Positions 26,401-38,400 of a stretch of 64,000 bases of DNA are shown in pieces. Position 1 is the stretch's first letter, and each line of letters opens with the position of its first letter. The notes below the pieces were generated by a model. That model had not been told where the DNA came from, did not search any database, and was given only the letters and a program-made list of their open reading frames with translations. This DNA comes from Negaprion brevirostris (taxonomy: Eukaryota): the NCBI GenBank assembly GCA_030324005.1, contig JARDVH010000115.1:38374456-38438455 (forward strand), in the 5' to 3' direction. The translations under genes were made by a program, and so were the position numbers.

Positions 26401-29400
26401 AAGAGAGAAGTTGTGAATATTTTGAATCTTCTACCCCAGGGATCTATAAATGTTTACTTGCTTTAGCATATTTAAGACAAAACAGATTTTTGACTTTAAT
26501 GGGTTATGGAATAGTGCAGAAAAGTGGAGTTGATCAGCTGTGAACTTGTTGAATGGCTGAGTAAGCTCAAAGACCTAAATGGCTGACTCTGACTCTTATT
26601 TCTTGCATTCTTCATGTTTTTCTCTTCTTAGCACCTGCCCTTCAATCACATTGTGGGGTGTGTTGTGATGTTCAATCTTATGAAAATACTGAAATACAGT
26701 ATGGCATGGACTTAGAACTGGAAGCAGCTAGTTACACAGGTCTCTCGTGGTAAGATGAAGCCCACGCTACTGATGTGTCTCGCGTGTGCTCATACCCGCT
26801 GAAGGCATCAGTAAATGCATGCAAATAGGAAGATGCTTACTATAACACTTCACCCCACTTAATTTCGATCCCACTTAAGCAAAGAAATATAATGAAACTT
26901 GTGAAACCTGTCTCAACGATACATCAGCCTTTCATGAGTTTTGCAACCATACTGCAATCTGTGCAGTACCACTGGTGATCCAGTAGAAATTGGTAAGGTT
27001 TGTTTCAGTGGAGCTGGACTTGTGGATGCAGAAGTAGGTTGAGTACCTGTGTATGAATGTCCCTCATCCTCTCCTGGAGTAAAGTCCATTCAGTGCTCCT
27101 GTACAGCAGGAATCCTTTCCTGTCGAATGTCCACAGCAGCATCTCTTTCCAGTGTTATCTAGAACTTCTGTTTCTGAGTCATGGTGTAGATGAATGTGAT
27201 CCTGATATCTGCGAATACCTCTTCCTTTGGTCAATTTCACTGCTAAAGATGCTGCACCACTTGGGTTGAGAACGCCAAGAAACCGCTGTTGGTTACTGCC
27301 AAAATTCCTTACACCAGCAATCATTTGGTTTGAAATGTCTCCTGCTTTTCCTGTCTCCTCCTCTCACTTTGACATCTGAATGCAGCAGATCCAGGTGAAA
27401 CTTTGCTTCCTAGCTATCAATAATTCAGGTGGTGAGAGTCCTAATGTTTGTGGTGTGATACAGTACTGGAACAGAACCTTGCAGCTTGGTTTTCAAAGTA
27501 TCATCTGCCATTCTCCTCAATCCTTCTTTCCATGTCTGAACAGATTGCTCTGCCAAATCATTTGAAGTTGGATTAAAAAGGTGCAGTACACACATGACCT
27601 AATCCATTCCTTTGCATAAACTCTTGGAACAAATCTCACATGCAGAGGCTCCCGTGTCCACTTCTTTAATTTATTTTCCATCCACTGTAACATAGGCTGT
27701 GTGTGTGCCCCTTACCCACATTAAACATATAGCAAAAGTGCTCTTCCTTCTGCCTGTTCTGAGCTTTCCGGGTGATGTGCAGTTGAGAAGCTTTTTCACA
27801 TTCATATTTCCCTGTTCAGCTTTCGACTTGATCTTAGCACCCCTGCGTTTCTTAGCTAAATGACCTTTGTTGCAGCAGTGACTAACAACATCCATAAATT
27901 TAAATGATTTGCATAATCTGTCCCTCCCTCACCTGAAACGTTCCATTGCTTTCACCTTTTTGCTTGCAGTCTCTTCCTTTACTTGATGCGCAGCACTTGC
28001 CTGCACACCACCATAAGCCTTTTTAAATATCTTTTGAGTTGCAGGCAGCCATTTCCATGTCCTGAGAAATTTCTAGAGTGGCTTCTCCCAACTAACAACT
28101 TTGAATGCTGCCCTCTTTAATGCAGCAGATTAGTCTGTCCTGGTGCAACGCTGCTCCAAACTGTTCAGAGCTGAAGTAAAGTTAATGTTTTTTGTTTTAG
28201 TCAGAGTAGGCNNNNNNNNNNNNNNNNNNNNNNNNNNNNNNNNNNNAATGGAGTTACTTGGAAATCCCCTAGTCGCCACACTCTGGTGCCTGTTCGGATA
28301 CGCTGAGGGAGAATTTAGCACTGCACCTAACTAGCACATCTTTCAGACTGAGAGGAAACTGGCGCACCCAGTGGAAACCCATGCAGACTTTGCACAAACA
28401 GTGACCCAAGCTGGGAACTGAACTTGAATCCCAGGCACTGAGACAGCAGTACTAAGCATTGTGCCACTAATTCACCAGAAAGTTAGGTACAGCATGTTCC
28501 ATATGGAACTTGAAACACTGGGCAATCACTGAGGGATTAGGATTGTGGTCCTTCTGAACAAATGCTACTAAATTTGCAAATGAAATGTCCCCCAGTTTCT
28601 GTTGCTAAATTCCTCACTAGCTTGTAAGTCTTCCCCATGTGTGCGCACCATACCGTATGCCACATGTATGCATAAGGGGTTTTTAGCCTAGTTATTCACC
28701 TACCAAGAAAATGCTCAGNNNNNNNNNNATGGTAAACTCAAACTTGCTAAACAGAGCCCTCGACTGCCATTGCAAACCCAGTTATTCACTCTGCAAATCT
28801 TTGCATTGCCGTGCTGAACATCATTTTTCTCAAGATGTGGTAGCTTGGTCACAAAAAGATAATGGGAAGCATTGTGATATTCAGTCATCTTAAAAATACT
28901 GAAATACAGTACAGCATGGATTCAGAACTGGGGGCAGCAAGTTACGCAGGTCCCTCGTGGTAAGACTAAACCCGCAAAAGCCTGCGCTACTGATTACATC
29001 ACTCGCCTGTACTCGTATCCACGAAAACCATCAGTATATACATTCAAATAGAAGATGTTTACCGTAACACACTAATCATCCTGTTTATTTTGGATGACTC
29101 TTAATTGCTGCCTTTTTAACTTTGTTCCTAATTATGACTTAAAGTACAGCCCATCTCGCCTACAAGTCCAGCTTATGATAGTGTTCCCAGTGATTTCTGC
29201 TTTGTTCATTCTTTTTCCTTTTGCTGTAGGCATTAAATTAGAATTCAGATGATGTTTGTTTACGGCAGAATGACCTGGTGCACCTTGCTGAAGCTGGAGA
29301 CTGAGCTAGTTTGCTTTGAAATGTTGCTTAGTATTATGTGAAATGCCTATTTAAATCTCTTTTTTTCAAACGTTCTTTGAATTCTCAAATTCTCTCATTA

Positions 29401-32400
29401 CGGCATCCAGACTTCACTTGGGCAGTCCCAATAACTTGGCCTATGTGCCCTTTCCTGAACATTGGAAATATTTCTTCTGAGTAAAATTATTTATGTACTG
29501 GATTTTAAGTACTTTGGTCCTTTTTTTTTTTTTACAGCTTAGTCAGATAAATGCTTTTACCTTTTGGAAATAGTCATGTTGCTGGCCACCAAACTCTGAT
29601 GTATTTGATGTTGACCAACGCTTGAACAAATTTTGACCCCATGTGGTCCACTGTTCTGGTTGTTGATAAATTTCAAAGAACATAGTTGATTTTGACTTCG
29701 TAGCAACTATAAAACTAGATTTTCAGTTCTCCAATTATTATTTCATATTGCTGTTTATTAATGGAAATGTTTTTGCCATTTTAATTTGGATGCAGTTGCG
29801 AAGTGAAGACATCTGCACAAGCAGTGTGACAGATGAAAAAAAAACTGAATTGGACATATTTGTATTCAAGACATGAAAATGTTGGAAAAACTACAAAGGG
29901 CCTATGCAATGGCTTTATTGAGTGTTTAAAAGATGCTTACAAAAAAAAGCAAAATGCTGTGGATACTGAATTTATATAGTAAAAGCTAATAATGCTGGAA
30001 ACATGGTTTGGATCGATTTTTGTCTGAAAGGCTGTGAACTTCAGGCATTAATCTGGCTCCCTTGATGTTGCTTGACCTGCTGAGTATTTCCAGCATTTTG
30101 TTTTTGGTTATGATGTTTGTGGTTTTGAGCATTTTATTTTGATTCACTGCAAAAGCATTGTTTGCATTTGTCATTTCTGATGAGGGATATTCTTGATATC
30201 ATCTTAATTTCTTGCAGCCTGGAATAAAATGTGATCCAGTTCCTGGGTTACAGCAACAGCTACAAGATAAAGAAAAGTTGCTTCAAGCTTTGCAAGATGA
30301 GGTTACTCTTTCAAATGAAAAGTGTAAACAGTTGAACCAGGTAATACGTTTTGTTACTTACCTATCACTAATATTTATAGAATTCATTATAAATTGCAGT
30401 AGAACATGGGTTTTTTTAAAGCTGTGATTGTCTTAATTTCTTTATTCCCATTAGGAGTTAGTGACTGAAAAGCAGAAAGCCAATGTGGTTGAAACCAAGC
30501 TGAGGGAACAGCGCACTGCCCTTGAAAAAGAACTAGGGGCATTGCAGAACAAACTGCAAGTTAGCTACCAGGATCATATGAATGAAACTCAGATGCAGGT
30601 AATGCAAAAGAATCTGCTCCTCTTATCATCTCTAACCAATTGACCTGGTAAACACTTTTTTTTTCCTGTTTATTTGTTATCACCACTATTTACAGATGAC
30701 CGGCTTTTTTAAGTGTGGGAGGCACAACACAGGAGAAAATATACAGAATCTGGGTTTTTTGCAGTTGGTGCAACAAATGTTCAGTCCATTCTTTTATCCC
30801 AAGCAGAATTACAATTTCAATTTATTCCTCAATTTTTTTTACTGTAAAATAGCACAAATTAGTAACAGTAACCATCCGTTGATTCTAATGTGGTGGAGTT
30901 TATATTTTAAAGTGGTTTCATGATTTAAGAAACACGCATTTCACCATTTTCGCCTGTCTTGCATTTCGAATTATTGTGCAGCATAAACTTGGAATATTGT
31001 CCTGGGACAGCTGGGGCAAAAATCCTTTGTATATGGACATAGATCTAAAAGTTTGACTTTTGTAAGACATTCACTTGGGATTTTAAAATGAAAGTATACT
31101 TCAGTAATGAGGAGCTTAGCTTTTCACCCTTAACTTGAAAAGTAGGAACACATCTTTCCAAGGTTAAAGACGAGGAATTGTTTATGGCATGTTTTAAGTG
31201 GCTGTTGGACTTTAAGTGAGCAGTGTGCTGAACTGTGCCTTTTAATAGGATGTTACAGCAAAGGTGGTCAGAAAAACAGTCACTTACACTTATTGACAAA
31301 TCATGTTTCAGCAAATTAATTGTGCATGTCATCACGGTTAGCTTTTAAAAAAATTAGCATTTGATTTGCTAATTTACACAAATTATTTAGCTTTATAGCC
31401 CTCAATGAATAGAATTATTCTGCTAATGGGGTGGCCAGTGGTACCCAGATGTAGTTGCTGTGTCATCATGGTAACCTGCTATAAACTTAATTATTGTAAT
31501 GTACCTTTTTTTTCACTGCTACCAATAGTTACCAGTAAATGCTTGTATGTTGAATACTATAATTGCAGTTTAATCTAAAAACATAGCTTGGTCTTGAGAA
31601 TTAATGATTTTGACCAATCATGCTGGATTATTTTTTTCTGATGGCTTTACTCCAGTGNNNNNNNAGCGTTCTGTGGTGTTTGTAATTTGTGCAAAATCAT
31701 GCACATATTTTTCATTCTGGACAGGTTTCAGATTCCAGAGGTGAAGAAAGAGTGCTAAGCCTTTGCACTACGCAGACCCCAAGGGGATATTTTTCCTAAT
31801 ACATAGTAAATGCTTAACCGTAGCAGTGCTACAAATGCTACCACTTTAACACAACTATAATTAGTCCAGTGAATTTAACACATTTTAATACTCCCCCAAA
31901 CTGCAACAGTTGGCATACAATAAAAACCATACAGTTCTGTATTTTCGTCTAAAATCTCCAGATCTGTTAAAATACGCATTTTTCGCACTCTTTGCAGCAT
32001 ACCTGTACCTAATCATCTTTATCACATTTTATTATTGAAAGATAGTGTCATCTTTTTATTATGGCTGGGGGAAGTTAATCTACAGATTAATTCTTTGAAA
32101 GCATTTTGAAAAAGTGTTCATGGGATGCAAATATCACTGACAAAGACAACGTTTGTTGACCATCCCTAAATTGCCCTTGAAGATAGTAGTGGCCTTGAGC
32201 TACTGCGGTGAGGTGGCTCCAAAAATGTTGGAGGAATGGCAATTATAGTTCGTAATCACAGTGGTGTGTGACCTGAAGGGAATCCTGCCTGTGGTGGTGC
32301 CATGTATTTGCTGCTTGTTCTTATTGGTAGAAGTCATTGGGTTGGAAGCTACTGTCAAAGGAGCCTTTGTAAAAGTTTGCAGCATATTTTGTAAATGGTG

Positions 32401-35400
32401 CTGCACCACATTGGTTATAAAGGGAGTATTTTTTAAGGTGGTGGAATTGGATGCTGATAAGCAGGCTACTTTGTTCTAGGTAGTATCTAGTTTCTTGACT
32501 GTTGGAGCCGCGCGCATTCAGGCAAGTGGGAAGTAATATATCATGCCTTGTAGATGGTCAACAGGCTTTGCAAGGTCAGGTGGTGTGTTACTTGCTGCAA
32601 AATTCCTAGCCTCTGACCTTGTCGCCAGTCCATTTAAAGATGCAATGGTAGTAAAAATGTTGAATGTTCAGAGCAGATGGTTCGATTCTCTTTTGTTGGA
32701 GATTGTCATGGCCTGGCACTTCTGTGGTGCAAATGTCACTTGGTACTTAGTTGCTCAAGCCTGNNNNNNNNNNNNNNNNNNNNNNNNNNNNNNNNNNNNN
32801 NNNNNNNNNNNNNNNNNNNNNNNNNNNNNNNNNNNNNNNNNNNNNNNNNNNNNNNNNNNNNNNGCTCAAGCCTGGTTTTGCTCCACATGGACATAGACTG
32901 CTTCAGCATCTGTGGAGTTGAGTGAAATGGAACACTGCAATTATTAGCAAAAATCCCCACTTCTGGCTATATGGTGGAGGGAAGGCAGTTGAAACAGCTG
33001 AAGACAGTTGGGCCTGGGGCACTTGCCTGAGGACCTCCTGCAGCAATGCCCTGGGACTGAGATGACTGGCCTCCAGCAACCACCTTCCTCTTTTACTTGG
33101 TATGCTCCAACCAGTGACCAACTTTCCTCTGGCTCCTTGATGTCACACCTGGTCAAATGCTGCTTTTTTTTGTCGAGGACAGTCACTCTCACCTCACCTC
33201 TGGAACTTTATTTTAATCATGATTGGGCCAAGCCTTTAATTGAGCCTGTAGACAAATGGTTCTGGCAGAACCCTGCTGTTTTGGAGAGTGACGTTTTGTT
33301 AGGAAGCTCTAATAAAAGATTAAGTTGCTATCAATTTTGTCGTTTAATCTCAAATTGAACTTTTTTGACTGTAGCATATTACTGTGAATGCCTGCAAAGA
33401 TGAACTAAACATAACCTTTTGTAATTGAGTCACTGAAAAATACTTCCTTCAGTTTCGGCAGCTTCAAGAGCAAACAGAAGCATTGAAACAAGAAAACAGG
33501 ATCCTGAGAGATGCTGTGAGCAAGGCCCCCAGCCAACTGGAGAGCAAGTGAGTTGTCCTGAACCTAAGAGCTGAAATGTTAAGTGCAAATTAATTATTTT
33601 TATTGCTGATCATTTCCGCATTCATTACTGACTGGAGACAGAAATTGCATCCTTGTCCTGCCTGACTAGTTTTACAAGGACAACCAATTTAGTTAGCCAC
33701 TTGCACTGAGGAAACAGGTTGCTGTGTAGGTCGTGTAGTGTGAGAAGAGAAAGCTTCTCTTACATGATGCAGAGAAGTCAGTTCTGATCGAAGAGATCCA
33801 GAGAGGAAAAAGTTTGGAAAAACTTTCTATTCCCATTTAAGGTACTTGTTTTTTTTTCCATGACTCTCCTCTCCTACTCTTGAAGGAAGAGTAGATTGTG
33901 TGAATCCAATGCTTCAAGAAAAGATACTAGAAGGTTTGGAATTAACTTGGGCTGATTAAACCGCCTCAGTTGTTTCCCCTTCTGGATGACTAAGAATGTA
34001 TCTTATGTGAAAGATGGTATATTACTTAGTAGTTGTTCTGTACTTCAAAGCCAAGTGCTAGCATATAAATGCTCCTTTTTTGAGCAGAGGGTAAAATACT
34101 AGTGATTTTTAAAACTAAGATTTACTGAGCCTCTTAGGTGGTCTACAAAGTAAACATGGTCATCAGCAACATTCGCAAGCCTCTGGTTTAACTGTTATGG
34201 CAAGCCCATTACTGCCCATAGGTGCAGCTCACTCTCATCTGTTTCCATATTTAAGTGGGAATAGATCAAATTTTATATGAATATGCCGCTAATGACATGA
34301 TTTTTATTCAGCCACCGTACACTGTCTCGGCAATGGTCAGGTGCGGACAGTTTGAGCATTGCTTCTTACCCTTTGCTGTGGAAATGAGGGGTGACAAAAG
34401 AAAATAAAGATTTGATTACAGCAGCTGATTAGAAAATATCTGCTTTGCAGGCACTAAATTTTGGCTGACCAGGGTCTTTGCACTTGCCAGCCAATTATAT
34501 AACGCAAGTTGAGAGTTTAACTTTGGTCATCTGCAGTTCACAGTACTTCACAGTACTTGATACCTTCAAATTTTGACTCTAAGGTACTTCAAAAAAGAAA
34601 CAAACTCCTACTGTTGCAAGTATATCAGTTTTGAATCCAGCAGCAAGAAACAAAAACAACTCAACTTTTGAATTGGATAGAATTTTAGTTTTGTGGGTGT
34701 GGGAAGCAGTGAAACCTGACAACTGAAGTAATGCTTCAAAATAAGGCATCAAAATGTAAAGATGAATGGAAAGACTTAAAGTGAAAAGACCAATACAGTT
34801 GTCAAGTATCAAAGAGCAAATATAGATCAGTTCCAGAAAGTAACAGAAGCATTTTGGTTGCTAGAAGCAAGAGAGTGCATGTTACTTGCAAGGAACTGAT
34901 TCTTCCAGCTGCTGTAGAAATGTGCAAAGTGATTGAGTGAAGACGCAGTACAGGAGTTGAATACCATACCATTTCCTATTGACAGCCCAACATAGGGCAG
35001 CATGGTGGCACAGTGGTTAGCATGCTGCCTCACAGTGCCAGGGACCTGGGTTCAATTCCAGCCTTGGGTGACTCCTGTGAGGAGTTTGCATTTTCTCCCC
35101 CTGTCTGCGTGGGTTTCCTCCCTCAGTCCAAAGATGTGTGCGAGTTAGGTGGATTAGCCATGCTAAATTACCCCTTTGTTGTGGGGTCTAGCAGGATAAA
35201 ATGAGTGGGGTTATGGGCGTAGGGTCTGGGTGGGCTTGTGATTGGTGCAGCCTTGATGGGCCAAATGGCCACCTTGTGCATTGCAGGGATTCTATGATTT
35301 GTGAATCAGTGTGAAATGTAAATTGACCGACTTCATGAATAGACAGCAGTTTGCAATTTGGCTTGATATGACAACTAACATAGGTGTCGTAGCACAAGTA

Positions 35401-38400
35401 TTAGTTTAAGTGGCAATTTGTAGCATTTAAATAGTATTTTACTATTGGTCCGTGAAAGGATGGGGGGCTGCTATCAGGATGTGGGGTTCGGGGTGGGGTG
35501 GAGGCAGCACTGTGCGGGGTCCTGGGTTGGCCAGTGATTAAACTGGCTAGCAAATGGGGAGGCTGACAGTTTGGAGCCACTGCATATGCGCAGAGACCCA
35601 CTAATTTCAGCTTCTCCAATGGGAATAGGCTCACTGAAATTTAATGATATTCACTCTCCTGGCCTCTGCATTGCACAGTGTTGGAGATTCTAGTGTGAAC
35701 TCCCACTGAAAAATCCAGTGTGATTTTGTTTTTTTCCCCCTGTGAATTCGNNNNNNNNNNNNNNNNNNNNNNNNNNNNNNNNNNNNNNNNNNNNNNNNNN
35801 NNNNNNNNNNNNNNNNNNNNNNNNNNNNNNNNNNNNNNNNNNNNNNNNNNTGCATTGCACAGTGTTGTAGATTCTAGTGTGAACTCCCACTGAAAAAACC
35901 AGTGTGATTTTTTTTTTTTTCCCCCTGTGAATTCGACACTTTTTTGGGAGAATTCCACCTAACATTTACATTTTCTTCAGAGATCAAGATGCACTCTGAG
36001 GTACTTCAGTTCAGTAGAAAGCAAATTTCTTTACAAACAATATACATTGGTCATGTTGCACTATGCAATGCTTTAATAAAGTTACATACAGTTAGAATTA
36101 AACACAGTCCAAGGGGCTTTGCCCAGTTACTAGCTCCTCGGTGTACATTGGCTATAAGGCCTTGTATGGTGGCCTTTCCTCATTGTGTCTTGGTGGCGGC
36201 TGCCCCATGTTTGAGTGCGTCCCTCAGTGTGCATTCCTGGACCTTGGAATGTGCCAGTCTGCAACACTTGGAGGACAGTTCTTTGCACCGGAAGATCAGA
36301 TTTCTGGTTGATCAAAGAGCATCTTTCATTGAGTTGGTATGCCTCCAGCAGCACTTGATCATTTCAGTGTGCTTCCCAGGGCACAGCCTGTAGTGCACAG
36401 AGTCCTTTGTCACAGAGCTGCTAGGAATGAGCAAATACCACTGCATCTCTCTCCTGACCTTTGCAAAGGCACATTCCACAGGAAGGTGCGCAGCCATCTC
36501 CCCCTCCCTGCAGCCATTTGGAGGGTAGTGTGTGGTGGTGCAGAGACTTCGGACATGTATGAAAGGTCTGACATGGAGTGCCCTTCTCGCCACCAGCAAA
36601 GCTAGGTCCTCCTTTCAAAAGCTGTGATGAGGCATTTTGCCAGATGACTCTGACAGACTGCTTATTGCTGCCTCCAAAAGGAGGTTGTGAAATAAGTGGG
36701 CACAATTTTGACATTTGTTTTGTTCCTTCAACAAGCTCAAATGATCTTTTCCTACTGCCAATCTGCTGTCATTGATGGTGTATGTTCTCCCCAACGTATT
36801 TTCATTCTGCATTAAATTTTGCCCTTAAAGTGAAGGTGTAGAAATTCAGACATTGAATTGCATTGTAAAATGCAAATCTGCCAAAGCAGTGTATGATGTT
36901 TGCAAAAATGTCTGTTCTCTGGAATAAATTGTTAACTAGGAAAAATAGTATTTTTAAGTTGCACAGCATACTGTTTAAAACTGTAAAGCCATTAATTGGT
37001 TTATAAATTTGAATGCAGGCAGTCAACGGAACTGAACAAACTGCGTCAGGACTATGCTAGATTAATGAATGAACTTACAGAGAAAACAAATCGCCTTCAG
37101 CAGGAAGAGGCACAGAAAAAGAGCTTGGAGGTTTCTTGTGAACAGACTGTTCAACAACTTAAGGTACAAAAATGCTTTATTATGCAAACAGGGTTTGGGT
37201 ATGAGGACAGTGGCTGCACAGATTATTGGAGGAAATGTCAATTTTGCCAAAATAAAAAATTGAAAGTAAGTGAATAAAAATTTAATTGCATGAACTTGTT
37301 GCCTCCCAGCCCCATTTTTTTTTTTGTTAAATAGCAACCTCAGATAAGAAACTTTCAGACAGGCACTTAGTATATTAAACATTCTATGCTGCAAGGTGAA
37401 CCAATAAACTGCTGCAGAATGCAGTTATTTGGGAGTGCTAATTTTGAACCTAGTGATATTACTTGGATTTTATTAACTTGCTTATTTCCTGTAGTAAAAC
37501 AGGAAATGCCAGAAATAATCTGCAAAGAGTAGAGAGTAACTTGAATTATTTCCTAAGCTTTCAATTTATTAACTTTATATGATATTAACTTGTGCAAGGA
37601 CCTTTTTCTGAATAATCTTTATTGAGATCTGGATTATGAAGTATTTGATAAATTGGGTTTAGTCCCTGTACTACTACTATTGTTAACTCCAGGAAGTAAG
37701 GAAAATTCTGTGTCGCTAGTTATGATGACTTCAAATACTATTTAAGCTTGTCTTTTATATCTTGAACCAGAAACTTTTTTCTGTTGCAGTCTTATGCCTC
37801 TTGTGCTATTTATGTAGAAATCTTTTTTTCACTCCTATCTATCTCATACCCTGTTCCACTCATTTCGTATGAGGCTCATCTCCTGCTCTCTGACCCTCTA
37901 CATGCTAAGTTGCTGCCCACCCAACTCACCCTCCTGGTCCCCATAACAACTGAGTTAACAATGCTGTGTTCAGGTGTTGTTTTACCACTTGCTCTTCAAA
38001 AAAGTGCAGCCGAGCATTGATTATCATTGCAAATTACAGCCTCATTTTTAACTTCCAGTTCCCCTCACCCTTAAACATATTCCATCTCTATTGAAACTCT
38101 CAAATTGGGCTTCCACCCTTGCTACTATAAAAACAGTCTTTATCTAAGTCATAAAAGACAGTCTCTACTGTGACAAAACCATAGTTTCTGTGTCCTTCAT
38201 ACTCCGTCTGCAGTCTCTGACATATTTGCCCCTACCATCCTCATCAGACATCTCTCTGCTCCATTTGGGTTAGCCTGCTCTCACCTGTGTTCATTCTTAG
38301 CTATCTAATCGTATCCAGAATGCTGCTTGCAATGGCTTCTCTTTCCACCCCCGCATTGTTACCTCTGGTATTCCCAAGCATCTATCCTGAAAAACCAAAA

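Noticed and set aside
32753-32874. 11-bp direct repeat gctcaagcctg flanking a 100-N gap
   Set aside because: Could be the TSD of an unassembled insertion or an overlap artefact; the content cannot be seen.
35666-35935. Near-identical 85-bp direct repeat on both sides of a 100-N gap
   Set aside because: Most likely a contig-overlap or heterozygous-allele scaffolding artefact rather than a true tandem duplication.
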